From NCBI GenBank assembly GCA_964410585.1, contig CAYPFW010000002.1:177077-241076 (forward strand): a DNA stretch of 64,000 bases, given 5' to 3'. Each line of letters begins with the position of its first letter. The stretch's first letter is position 1. The position numbers and the translations under genes are program-made. Shown one piece after another: positions 45,961 to 55,281 of the stretch. This stretch comes from an uncultured archaeon (GTDB taxonomy: Archaea > Aenigmatarchaeota > Aenigmatarchaeia > QMZP01 > JACQNV01). A model generated the notes under the pieces. The model ran no database searches, had not been told where the DNA came from, and saw only the letters and a program-made list of their open reading frames with translations.

Positions 45961-47889
45961 ATGATTTACAAAAAACTTTTGCTAATTGGTATTTTGGGCA
46001 TTTTGGTTTTGGTTAGTGGTTGTATTCAAGAGTCAAGTGAAAAGAAAAATCCAATTTTTTCCAAAGAAAAATTCTCTTGTGAAAATGATAATAGTAATAT
46101 ACAAAGCAGAGGATATGTCATCTTGATGGGATTAGCAGACCACACTAAAGAGGGCTGGATTTCTGAGAAAAAATTAATGGAGAAAGATCCAAAAGCCAAA
46201 TTTGTTTTGATATATGATCAAGATGAGAATTCTAGATTAGAGGATATTAGTCAAAAATTTCTGGATGATATTCACAGTCTACTAAAAGAAAAACCAGTGG
46301 ATGAGCTTGTCATTTTTGGTTCAAGTGCAGGTGGTGTAACTGCTTCGTATTCCATAGCTAAACTAAATTTCCAGGGCCCTGTTGCTTTGCATACAATGGC
46401 TTCTCCTCTAAATGGGTATGATCTTAGAGGATTTGGAGAAGCATTTATTGGAGAAGGAAGATCTGTATATGAAAAAGAAATTGCTCTAGGTCTTGAGATT
46501 TTCAAGAAGCCTGGAAAAAATGTCGGGGTCTACCATCACAAAACAGTCACAGACACTGTTTTAAAAGATCATTACTGTAGAGAATTTTCAGCCTTCTGTG
46601 ATCCAATAAAAATCCAAGACAACAACATAGAAGGCAGTAAGGAATTTTACTATCCTCAGTATGATCACAATCCACTTGGGGCTTTTGTAATAAGGGATGT
46701 TTTGAAATGCTACAATCCTGAAATAGTTGAGGATATAGAAGAGGAAAATAGGCAAGCAGACCGAGGGGAAAAACTTGGTTCACTGTGCTCAGGGGAAGAT
46801 AGCTGTCAATTCTTCTGCAACACAAACAGAGGCAGATGCACTGACTATTGTCAGAATAATCCTGAAAATCCTCTTTGCCAAAAACTTTTTGGTCAGGTTC
46901 CAGAAGTGAACAGAGAAGCTACCAAACAGTTATGTATAAGCAATACAAAACCACTATTTACCAAACCCTTCACTGATCTCACAAACATAAACCACATAAC
47001 ACCCATTGGGAATGTTAATGCAGGATCTTTGTCTAGGAGCTATATCGCAGTTAAAGCATATCCAAATGGAACTGGAATTTTTGTTCCTTTATATTCTCCA
47101 ACAAATGCCACTTTGTTTAGAATTGCATATGCATATCGCGGAGATCCATCAAAGGGTGCAAGGGCAGAATATAGACTAGATTTTAGAGTAAGCTGTGAGG
47201 TAACTTTTGCATTTGACCACATTGCTGAGATAAGTGATAAACTAAAACAGTTTGCGCCAACTGAACCTGCTTATACAACAAGAAGCGACAGAGAAATATC
47301 AGTTCCAATATCAGAGGGCGAGTACTTAGGATCAACAAACGGTGGCTTAGCCGGAAAAGCTTGGGACTTCTTACTTTTCAATTATGCAAAAGAAGTTCTT
47401 CATATAAATCCATCAAGATGGGCATCTGATCACAACAAATATGCAGACTGCCCGTATGATTATTTCACAGAAGATTTGAAAAAACAGTACTATTCTATGT
47501 TTACATCTGCTGGAGGAGAAAAGGGAGAATTAAATTGCAGATCTGCTTCCAGAGATATTGCAGGGGCACTTTCTGGTGGATGGTTTAAGGAAAAAGACGA
47601 TACAGATTCTAAAGGCACACGCCTAGTAGTTGCTTCTGATTACAGTACAGTTGATTTAGTTATTGATCAAGAAGCAACCGACTTAGCAAGACTTTTAGCA
47701 CTCAGACATCAAAATCCTCCAGTAAAACCAGAGGATGTAAAGGTTGGTCAGTCAGTTTGCTATTTTGATTCTGAAAAACAGCAACATGCATTCCTAAAGC
47801 TTTTGACAGAAGTAGTGATGGCATCTCATATTGGTTCAGGACCCTGCCCTTCAAGCCTACCAGAAAACCATGAAACGTGGGAGAGATGA
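45961..47889 (+). CDS. Lipoprotein: alpha/beta-hydrolase-like domain fused to a domain shared with 43179..44486
   Basis: LVSGC lipobox; GSSAGG nucleophile elbow; Cys-rich linker. Confidence 0.75.
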   Translation: MIYKKLLLIGILGILVLVSGCIQESSEKKNPIFSKEKFSCENDNSNIQSRGYVILMGLADHTKEGWISEKKLMEKDPKAKFVLIYDQDENSRLEDISQKFLDDIHSLLKEKPVDELVIFGSSAGGVTASYSIAKLNFQGPVALHTMASPLNGYDLRGFGEAFIGEGRSVYEKEIALGLEIFKKPGKNVGVYHHKTVTDTVLKDHYCREFSAFCDPIKIQDNNIEGSKEFYYPQYDHNPLGAFVIRDVLKCYNPEIVEDIEEENRQADRGEKLGSLCSGEDSCQFFCNTNRGRCTDYCQNNPENPLCQKLFGQVPEVNREATKQLCISNTKPLFTKPFTDLTNINHITPIGNVNAGSLSRSYIAVKAYPNGTGIFVPLYSPTNATLFRIAYAYRGDPSKGARAEYRLDFRVSCEVTFAFDHIAEISDKLKQFAPTEPAYTTRSDREISVPISEGEYLGSTNGGLAGKAWDFLLFNYAKEVLHINPSRWASDHNKYADCPYDYFTEDLKKQYYSMFTSAGGEKGELNCRSASRDIAGALSGGWFKEKDDTDSKGTRLVVASDYSTVDLVIDQEATDLARLLALRHQNPPVKPEDVKVGQSVCYFDSEKQQHAFLKLLTEVVMASHIGSGPCPSSLPENHETWER

Positions 47890-47948
47890 AATTTTCTATA
47901 ATTAAAACCACACTACTGGATTAAATACATGGTTTGTCAATTATTAAC

Positions 47949-48341
47949 ATGGCAAAGGGCCAGTCTGGTTTGGAATATTTGTTTCTGGTTGGAATATTTT
48001 TGGTAGCCTTGACACCAATATTTGTGTATTCAATTGACACAACATATTTGAGCATAAGGACTTCCCAATCAAAAGAAGCTGTCCAAACAATTGCAGCTAC
48101 AGCAGACAATCTCTATAAATTAGGAGGGGGAAAAACAACAATATTTGTAACATTTCCTTCTGGAATCAACTCAACAACAATAGCCAATAAAACAGTAAAC
48201 ATAAGGCTGAATATAGCAGGCGGTGTGGGTGATGCTTCTGCAGTCACAGAGGCGACTGTTAACGGTTCACTTCCAACATCAGAGGGCTTGAAAAAAATAA
48301 CTCTTGAAGTTGTTGGGAGTACAGTTCAAGTTTCTGGATAA
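47949..48341 (+). CDS. Class III signal peptide pilin-like protein
   Basis: MAKGQSGLEYLFLVG. Confidence 0.85.
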   Translation: MAKGQSGLEYLFLVGIFLVALTPIFVYSIDTTYLSIRTSQSKEAVQTIAATADNLYKLGGGKTTIFVTFPSGINSTTIANKTVNIRLNIAGGVGDASAVTEATVNGSLPTSEGLKKITLEVVGSTVQVSG

Positions 48342-48363
48342 TGGGGTGTTAGGAAAACTAAAA

Positions 48364-49224
48364 ATGAATAAGAGGGGGCAAGTTTCATACGAGGCAATTT
48401 TTGCATTTGGAGTTGTTTTGCTAGTTTTTGTAATAATTCTTTCTATACTCTCAGTGAGACAAGTCGATGAAAAAAACACTCGAGATTTTTTGGAAAACAA
48501 AAGAGAATGTCTAAAATTGTCAAATGAAATATCAAATATCTATGTTTTGGGCGACAGAGCAACTGGAAGCGTGAAAATGTTTAAACAAGCAAACATCTCA
48601 AATGGTATGATAGTGGTTGGAAACTATTTGTGTAATGCGTGCTGCAATTTTACAAATGGCACTTTGTCTAACTTCAATATACCAGTAGGTTCTGTCTCTT
48701 TAGAGAACAGTAAAGGAAGTGTAAGAATTACAACAGCAACAGAAGGAGGACAGTCTGGACCAACAAACTCAACAGTGTTTTATGATGGTTTTGAAAACTG
48801 GGGATCAGGAAATTGTGCACACAATTCTATATGGACAACCTGTAACCAGGGTGATGGAAACCTACAGCGCAGCACAGATTCTCAAGCCGGGTCATATTCA
48901 GTGAGGTTTGATGATCATGATGCGGATACAGATATATTGATTAAATGTGTTGATTTATCATCATATACAAATGCTTATGTAACCTTCCAATGGAAAAAAT
49001 CTGGATTGGATGGTGGGGAGTATGGAAGGCTTGACATAAACACAAGTTCATCGCCATATACTCAAATATTTGATTCAGGAACAGGAAGCTCATCTTACGC
49101 ACAGCAGTCAATGGACATAACAGCATATAGAAGCTCAATCACGTGTCTGAAATTCCACAGCTTGGCAAACGCAGGAGGCGACCAATTTTTTGTTGATGAG
49201 TTCAGAATAATTGGACAGAGTTGA
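48364..49224 (+). CDS. Pilin-like protein with C-terminal jelly-roll domain
   Basis: MNKRGQVSYEAIFAFG; FYDGFE...FFVDEFRIIG. Confidence 0.8.
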   Translation: MNKRGQVSYEAIFAFGVVLLVFVIILSILSVRQVDEKNTRDFLENKRECLKLSNEISNIYVLGDRATGSVKMFKQANISNGMIVVGNYLCNACCNFTNGTLSNFNIPVGSVSLENSKGSVRITTATEGGQSGPTNSTVFYDGFENWGSGNCAHNSIWTTCNQGDGNLQRSTDSQAGSYSVRFDDHDADTDILIKCVDLSSYTNAYVTFQWKKSGLDGGEYGRLDINTSSSPYTQIFDSGTGSSSYAQQSMDITAYRSSITCLKFHSLANAGGDQFFVDEFRIIGQS

Positions 49225-49231
49225 TATGAGG

Positions 49232-49348
49232 CTAGCTTTTCAACCCTTCTTTAGAAAAGAAAGGGGTTGAGATCGTGTCTCGATTGTGAAATCGAGCACA
49301 CATCTCTGCAACAATGTTGCTGGAGATGTAGATCCCAAGAAATTACAA
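49232..49348 (+). repeat. Extended family A-like element with two inserted hairpins
   Basis: CTAG...TCAACCCTTCTTTAGAAAAGAAAGGGGTTGA head, inserted stems, ATCCCAAGAAATTACAA tail. Confidence 0.65.
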
Positions 49349-49395
49349 ATGAAGTTAAAAACAAAAATTCACTGTGTCCAAAAACATATACAAAT

Positions 49396-50526
49396 ATGAA
49401 AGGGCAACTATTCAGCTCAGACTTGATAGCAGCATTCATGATTTTTTTAATCCTGATAGGATCAATCACTTTTGTTTATTCAAGAGTTTTAGATTCGCAT
49501 TCTAGAGATCTAGAAAGAAAATTTTTGGAAAGCGAGGGTACAAAGCTTATGGAAAATCTTGTGAGAACAAAGGGACTTCCAGAGAATTGGGAAGATTTGA
49601 TTGTGGATGAATACTCAGCAGACGCAAACACAAAAGGTCTTTGGCACTTGAATGAAGGCTCGGGGAGCATTGCAGCAGACTCTTCTGGAAACAGCAATAA
49701 TGGGACTGTATATAATAATGGTGCAGTTGGCGCAGATTGGACAACTGGCTATCTAGGACAAGCAAACAATTTCAATACACCTGTGCTTAGTCAGCCTGAT
49801 AAAATAGAGATTCCTGGGTCATCTGGAAGCAGTTTAGATGTTCATGGTTCGCTTACATTGGAAGCCTGGATAAAACCAATTTCAACATCTTCAAGGCAGG
49901 GAATAATAACAAGGAATTTCCACTCGGCATTTTTCCTGGAATCAAATGGAAAAATAAAGTTTGGTGTTGATGGGTTTTCTGGTTTTGTTTCAGTAGAATC
50001 AACATCAACAATTTCCCCAAATGTCTGGACTCATGTTGCAGGAGTTTTTGATTCTACCCAATCTAAATTAAGGATATACATAAATGGTGTTTTGGATAAA
50101 GAAGGTTCTGGAAGTGTTTCAACATGGTACACAAATAGCAATCCGGTTGTTGTAGGGAATAGTAGATACGCTGTTTTAGGATCAGATCACTGCTGCCCTT
50201 TCTCTGGTATAATAGATGAAGTAAGGTTTTCAAATTCTGTCAGATCGACTTTTAATGTTGCAGGTCCAGATCCAATTGTAATTGGACTATCTTCTGGAAA
50301 CAACAACATTTTAGATTCAGATAAAGTGGATAAATTTTTCAGTCTGGATTATTCAAAAACAAAAAACATAACTGGTTTAGGTTCCAACTTCGAGTTGAAA
50401 TTTATCAGCTCAAATAAAACAAAGGGATCTGCACCAAATTCAAGTGTGGAAAACGTTGTTTTTTTGAGAAGAATTGCTCTGTACAATAGTTCAATTGAAA
50501 CAGTGGAAATGAGGTTATGGCGCTAG
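49396..50526 (+). CDS. Minor pilin with inserted LamG-like domain
   Basis: MKGQLFSSDLI; GLWHLNEGSG, TLEAWIKP, WTHVAGVFD, FSGIIDEVRFSN. Confidence 0.85.
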   Translation: MKGQLFSSDLIAAFMIFLILIGSITFVYSRVLDSHSRDLERKFLESEGTKLMENLVRTKGLPENWEDLIVDEYSADANTKGLWHLNEGSGSIAADSSGNSNNGTVYNNGAVGADWTTGYLGQANNFNTPVLSQPDKIEIPGSSGSSLDVHGSLTLEAWIKPISTSSRQGIITRNFHSAFFLESNGKIKFGVDGFSGFVSVESTSTISPNVWTHVAGVFDSTQSKLRIYINGVLDKEGSGSVSTWYTNSNPVVVGNSRYAVLGSDHCCPFSGIIDEVRFSNSVRSTFNVAGPDPIVIGLSSGNNNILDSDKVDKFFSLDYSKTKNITGLGSNFELKFISSNKTKGSAPNSSVENVVFLRRIALYNSSIETVEMRLWR

Positions 50527-50570
50527 TCTTTTCAAAAGAAAGCCTACAGTACCCCAAAGAAAGAATTTAC
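50523..50570 (+). repeat. Family A repeat (shortened hairpin) overlapping a stop codon
   Basis: CTAGTCTTTTCAAAAGAAAGCCTACAGTACCCCAAAGAAAGAATTTAC. Confidence 0.75.
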
Positions 50571-50572
50571 AT

Positions 50573-50986
50573 ATGAAAATGAAAGGATATGTGTTCAGTT
50601 TGGATGCAGCTTTTGCAGTTTTTATATTGCTTATAATAATGTCAGCAATTGTTTTTTATATGAGAGTGCCTTTCTCTTCTCAGGTTTCAGACACGTCTTC
50701 TGTTCTAATATCGTCTGATATAATTTCTGTTTTAGACAAGAAAAATGTTTTTGATACTTTGGATACAGCATCAATTTCAAACAACCTCAGTCAGGTGCTC
50801 CCATACAACTTAAACATGAGTCTCAAGCTCCATGTATACAAAGATGATCTCCAATTTCAGGAAACAAAACAAGTGAACACAGACCTCAACACAAGCTATT
50901 ACAAAGGTAAATGGTTGTTGATAATAGGCAACATCACAGATGTGAAAAATTTTGTGATTGTGGAATACAAGGTGGGATTTAGGTAA
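50573..50986 (+). CDS. Minor pilin-like protein
   Basis: MKMKGYVFSLDA class III-type N terminus. Confidence 0.8.
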   Translation: MKMKGYVFSLDAAFAVFILLIIMSAIVFYMRVPFSSQVSDTSSVLISSDIISVLDKKNVFDTLDTASISNNLSQVLPYNLNMSLKLHVYKDDLQFQETKQVNTDLNTSYYKGKWLLIIGNITDVKNFVIVEYKVGFR

Positions 50987-50987
50987 T

Positions 50988-51815
50988 ATGAAAATGAAAG
51001 GACTCTTATTTAGTGCAAGTGTAACGATTTTGGGTCTGTCGCTTCTAGCCTTTGTAATTTTGATTTCAAATTCAGGATACCAAGATCAAGGTGCTGTTAG
51101 CAGGTTTGTTGTATTCAATAGAATGCAGGATGAAGTTGAATATGTTTCAAGAGAGCTTGTTTCAATCATCAATATTTTCAATATTACAGTCTCTGTTTCT
51201 GGAAATACAGTTTCAATATCAGAGGACAATCCTTTCCCAAACAGAAATAGGTTTGAAATATTGATGGATGATTGGAAAAGTTTTACAGAGTCGAATTCTG
51301 ATTTTTCTCTCATAGTAGATGTGGATGACATCAAAAGCAGGTTACCTCTCACAATAAATGACCAAGTTCAATACACTCATACAAATGGGGTAAGTGGTAA
51401 CAAAATAACAGTTGAAAATGCAAGCTTGGTTGCAAACTATTCTGTTTTTATTTTAGTAAAAGCTGCAGGTTCTGTGAATTTTAATTGGGGAAGCACAAAT
51501 CCAGGAAACCAAAACTTCACACTTACAGTTAAAACAAACACTAACCAAAACACAACCTCAAAAAACCTGGATTTCTCAAAAGGAAATGACCTAGAGGTTA
51601 GCGTAGGATCAAGCGAGATAGAAATCAGCGTAGGTAAAGGCTCTGATACTGGATTCTTCAAAATGGACAATACAGATCAGCTTCCAATAACCTTGATAAC
51701 AAACATCACACTTAATACAACAGGTGAAGTCAAGGTCACTCTCCCAACTGGAATTATAAATATCACTTCAAGTTTATATAATATAAGTAGAGTAGCCACC
51801 CCAAAAGCAACCTAA
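50988..51815 (+). CDS. Minor pilin-like protein
   Basis: MKMKGLLFS plus hydrophobic helix; Asn/Thr-rich beta domain. Confidence 0.75.
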   Translation: MKMKGLLFSASVTILGLSLLAFVILISNSGYQDQGAVSRFVVFNRMQDEVEYVSRELVSIINIFNITVSVSGNTVSISEDNPFPNRNRFEILMDDWKSFTESNSDFSLIVDVDDIKSRLPLTINDQVQYTHTNGVSGNKITVENASLVANYSVFILVKAAGSVNFNWGSTNPGNQNFTLTVKTNTNQNTTSKNLDFSKGNDLEVSVGSSEIEISVGKGSDTGFFKMDNTDQLPITLITNITLNTTGEVKVTLPTGIINITSSLYNISRVATPKAT

Positions 51816-51870
51816 TTAGTTAACACATCTTTTGAAATATTAAATTGCCAAGAGATGCATACAATTCTCT

Positions 51871-52713
51871 ATGTCAAAAATTGTTAGAAGGCTCAAGGAA
51901 ATTCTATCAGACTTGTTTATCCCCAAAGTAATTGAATCTGAACCAAAATCACACAGACCCAAAAAAAAACACTTGAAACATACGAAACATGTGAGGACAA
52001 AGGTAAAAAAACATGTCAAAATTCATGTTAAAAAAATCCATCACCACCTGAAAAAACACTCTAAAATTCATCACAAAATCCAAAAGATAAAACACAAAGT
52101 GAAAAGACAACCTAAAATAGAAAAAGAGGATAAACAGCTTATAAATCCACCTAAAACCAAACAACATGTGGTTAGTGAGAAAGTAGTATATGGTATACCA
52201 AAACATCACACCCATGAAGCAGAGCTAAAAGTTGCAGAAAAAAGCACAGACATTGATGGGGAATACTCAAAAGAAATAACAGATAAAAAAGTCCAGCTTA
52301 AAATACAGGAAAAATCAGCAGGGGAAATAGACGAAAAAATAAAACCAAAGCACACATTTTTTTTCAGATTGTCTAAAAAAACTGAAAAACAAGAAGAGCC
52401 AAAGAAAAAAGAGGAAAAAAAAGAAAAAGAAATCCATTTAGACCCAAAGAAAAAACATGAGCTCAAGCAAATAATAGAAGCCATAAGAAAAGCTCATGGA
52501 AAAAATGTGATACTGACAAATTTAGACCTGCTTTTGGAAATCGTTAATTATCAGGGCAAAGTAAGCGTTGATTATGTTGCAGATGCTTTTGGTATGGAAG
52601 AGAAAAAGGTTGCAGAACTTGCAAATATATTACAAAACAATAATTTAATAGAGATACATTATCCACCTTTTGGCAAAATGGAATTCAAAAAAGTTAGCGT
52701 GGGGGCAAAATGA
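51871..52713 (+). CDS. His/Lys-rich protein with C-terminal winged-helix-like domain
   Basis: KKHLKHTKH...KKIHHHLKKHSKIHH tract; stop overlaps the ATPase start. Confidence 0.65.
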   Translation: MSKIVRRLKEILSDLFIPKVIESEPKSHRPKKKHLKHTKHVRTKVKKHVKIHVKKIHHHLKKHSKIHHKIQKIKHKVKRQPKIEKEDKQLINPPKTKQHVVSEKVVYGIPKHHTHEAELKVAEKSTDIDGEYSKEITDKKVQLKIQEKSAGEIDEKIKPKHTFFFRLSKKTEKQEEPKKKEEKKEKEIHLDPKKKHELKQIIEAIRKAHGKNVILTNLDLLLEIVNYQGKVSVDYVADAFGMEEKKVAELANILQNNNLIEIHYPPFGKMEFKKVSVGAK

Positions 52714-54194
52714 TCAAGATACTTAGTAAATACACAGTCAATTTACATGAATTGAATAATGTAGATATCCAAATAGTCCAAGGCGAGGATATAGTCACAC
52801 TATATAAAGTAATTAAGCCTGAAATAACCAAAACAACAGAGTTGCTTTTGTCAGATGTCAGGGACAAGCTTTTGAAAGATTCGCAAATCGGCATACAGGA
52901 GCTCTTTGAAGAATCTTCGTTCAAAAAAATGAGCGACGAGTTTACAAAAAAAGCTGACAAACTCATTGCCAATATTTTGCCTGTGACAAAGCCAGAAGAC
53001 AAAAATGTTTTGGTTTGCAATCTTCTTTGCGACATGCTCGGTCTAGGTGATTTAGAAGTTCCACTTTCTGATCCAAGCTTGGAGGAAGTTGTTGTAAACA
53101 CATCAAAGGAGCCTGTATGGGTCTACCACAAGGAATTTGGCTGGCTGAAAACAAACATAACAATTCAAACAGAAAAAGATATACAAAACTATTCGAGTAT
53201 AATAGCAAGAAGGATAGGAAGGCAAATAACAACTTTGGAGCCTCTTTTGGATGCGCATTTAGCGACTGGAGACAGGGCAAATGCGACACTGTTCCCTGTT
53301 TCAACAAAAGGAAATACAATAACAATAAGAAAATTTAGAAGGAAACCTTGGACAATTATCGATTTCATAAAAAACCAAACAATAAGTTTGGAAGTTTCTT
53401 CTTTCCTTTGGCTTGCGATAGAATATGAACTCAACATGATTTTGGCCGGTGGCACATCTTCTGGAAAAACAGCGCTTATGAACACTTTGATGCCTTTTAT
53501 ACAACCAAATCACAGGATAGTTTCAATCGAAGATACTAGAGAACTTCAGCTCCCTGACTATTTGCATTGGGTGCCTTTAACAACAAGGGAACCAAATCCA
53601 GAAGGGAAGGGCGAAGTCTCAATGTTGGATCTAATGATAAATTCGCTGAGAATGAGGCCTGACAGAATAATTGTTGGAGAAATTAGGCGAGCAGATCAGG
53701 CAGAAGTTTTGTTCGAAGCAATGCACACTGGTCACTCTGTTTATGCGACACTACATGCTGATACAGCAGATCAGGTTGTAAGGAGAATGACAAACCCCCC
53801 GATAAACATACCAGATGTGATGATGGAGGCCTTGCATTTGATAGTTGTCCAACACAGAGATAGGAGACTTGGGGTGAGAAGAACCTATCAAGTCGCTGAA
53901 CTTCTTCCAGTTGGCGAATCTGGTTCCCAAACAACAACCAAACTGAACATACTTTATAGAATGCGGCCCGATGGAAATGTTGTCGCACATGATCCCTCTA
54001 TAAGGGTTTTTGACACTTTGAGGATGCATACTGGAATGACTGATAAAGAAATGCTTGCAGATATTGAAGAAAAAATGTATGTGTTGGAATGGATGTTGAA
54101 GAAAGGAGTGGACAATGTGAACACTGTTGGAAAGACAATAGCTGAATATTATTTTGACAAAGATAACTTCATCAAAAAAGTTAGGAAGTCATGA
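52710..54194 (+). CDS. Type IV pilus/secretion ATPase (TadA/FlaI-like)
   Basis: Walker A GGTSSGKT, SIEDTRELQ, LRMRPDRIIVGEIR, TGH...TLHA. Confidence 0.95.
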   Translation: MIKILSKYTVNLHELNNVDIQIVQGEDIVTLYKVIKPEITKTTELLLSDVRDKLLKDSQIGIQELFEESSFKKMSDEFTKKADKLIANILPVTKPEDKNVLVCNLLCDMLGLGDLEVPLSDPSLEEVVVNTSKEPVWVYHKEFGWLKTNITIQTEKDIQNYSSIIARRIGRQITTLEPLLDAHLATGDRANATLFPVSTKGNTITIRKFRRKPWTIIDFIKNQTISLEVSSFLWLAIEYELNMILAGGTSSGKTALMNTLMPFIQPNHRIVSIEDTRELQLPDYLHWVPLTTREPNPEGKGEVSMLDLMINSLRMRPDRIIVGEIRRADQAEVLFEAMHTGHSVYATLHADTADQVVRRMTNPPINIPDVMMEALHLIVVQHRDRRLGVRRTYQVAELLPVGESGSQTTTKLNILYRMRPDGNVVAHDPSIRVFDTLRMHTGMTDKEMLADIEEKMYVLEWMLKKGVDNVNTVGKTIAEYYFDKDNFIKKVRKS

Positions 54195-54242
54195 TATAAA
54201 AAGTAACGATTTCCCAAAAGAAAACTGTAATTGATCAGAAAC

Positions 54243-54331
54243 TTAAGCGTGGAAGGCGTAATTTTTTGCAAGCAGCAGCGAAGCAAAAAATAGCCTCCGT
54301 TTTTGCTTAAGCTTTTGGCTAAAAGCTTATG
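54243..54331 (+). repeat. Family B structured repeat abutting the TadC-like start codon
   Basis: TTAAGCGTGGAAGGCGTAATTTTTTGC...GCAAAAAATAGCCTCCGTTTTTGCTTAAGCTTTTGGCTAAAAGCTTATG. Confidence 0.9.
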
Positions 54332-55201
54332 CGCATACCATTCTGCCCCCTGCCAATTCAGAAAGCACGAATTGTTAGTAGAAAGTTTTCGGGGCCTGCG
54401 GAAACACTTGCAAAACTTTCAAACCTAAAAATGCATCTAGAGCAAGCTAACATACCCCTGACTGCTGTTGAATATGTATCAATAGCCTTGTTCTCTGCAA
54501 CTTTCACAGCTAGTCTAACAACCTTGCTTTTGATTGCAATAACTCTGACAAGCTTGGATATACTAAAATCAGTAAGCCTAAGTCTTTTGGTTGGGATGGT
54601 TATTTTTGTAGCAGTTGTTCTTTACTTGAAATCTTATCCAAAACTTATTACAAAAAAAAGAGTTTCAAATATAGAAAGAAACCTGCTCCACGGTTTGAAG
54701 CATCTTTTGGTTGAGTTAAAGTCTGGTGTGCCGCTATATGATGGTTTGGTGTCCATAACAAAAGGAAACTACGGCGCTTTATCGGATGAATTTAGGGAGT
54801 TGATAAAAAGAGTGGACACAGGAACATCTATGGAATCTGCAATGGAGGAAATTTCAGTGAAAAATCCCTCGCAAATTTTCAGACGTTCAGTGTGGCAAAT
54901 ATCAAATGGTATGAAAGCCGGATCAGATGTCGGTGATGTTTTGAGGGAAATCATATCAAACATTTCCCAGGAACAAGTTGTTTCAATAAGAAGATATGGT
55001 TCTCAGCTAAATCCGCTTACTCTTGTTTACATGATGATTGCTGTGATAATTCCTGCGCTTGGCACAACATTCCTTTTCATATTTTCATCTTTCTCCTCGC
55101 TCTCAATTTCAGAATTCACATTTTATGCAATACTAGGAGGGTTAGCTCTCATGCAGTTTGTATATTTAGGTATAATAAAATCAAGGAGGCCTAACATCTA
55201 A
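54329..55201 (+). CDS. Type II secretion system F / TadC-like pilus platform protein
   Basis: L..ELKSG.PL...YG.LS.EF; multiple TM helices. Confidence 0.9.
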   Translation: MRIPFCPLPIQKARIVSRKFSGPAETLAKLSNLKMHLEQANIPLTAVEYVSIALFSATFTASLTTLLLIAITLTSLDILKSVSLSLLVGMVIFVAVVLYLKSYPKLITKKRVSNIERNLLHGLKHLLVELKSGVPLYDGLVSITKGNYGALSDEFRELIKRVDTGTSMESAMEEISVKNPSQIFRRSVWQISNGMKAGSDVGDVLREIISNISQEQVVSIRRYGSQLNPLTLVYMMIAVIIPALGTTFLFIFSSFSSLSISEFTFYAILGGLALMQFVYLGIIKSRRPNI

Positions 55202-55255
55202 GCCTTTCTTTTAGAAAAAGAAAGGCTACAGGCTACCCAAAGAAAACTAGTATAC
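55198..55255 (+). repeat. Family A repeat overlapping a stop codon
   Basis: CTAAGCCTTTCTTTTAGAAAAAGAAAGGCTACAGGCTACCCAAAGAAAACTAGTATAC. Confidence 0.9.
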
Positions 55256-55281
55256 AAATATGGTTGTCGAAAAGGAAAGTT

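Noticed and set aside
6843-55255. Family A as simple intrinsic terminators
   Set aside because: Two copies lie inside a tRNA precursor and several lie within apparent operons; the hairpin is followed by an A-rich rather than a U-rich tail.
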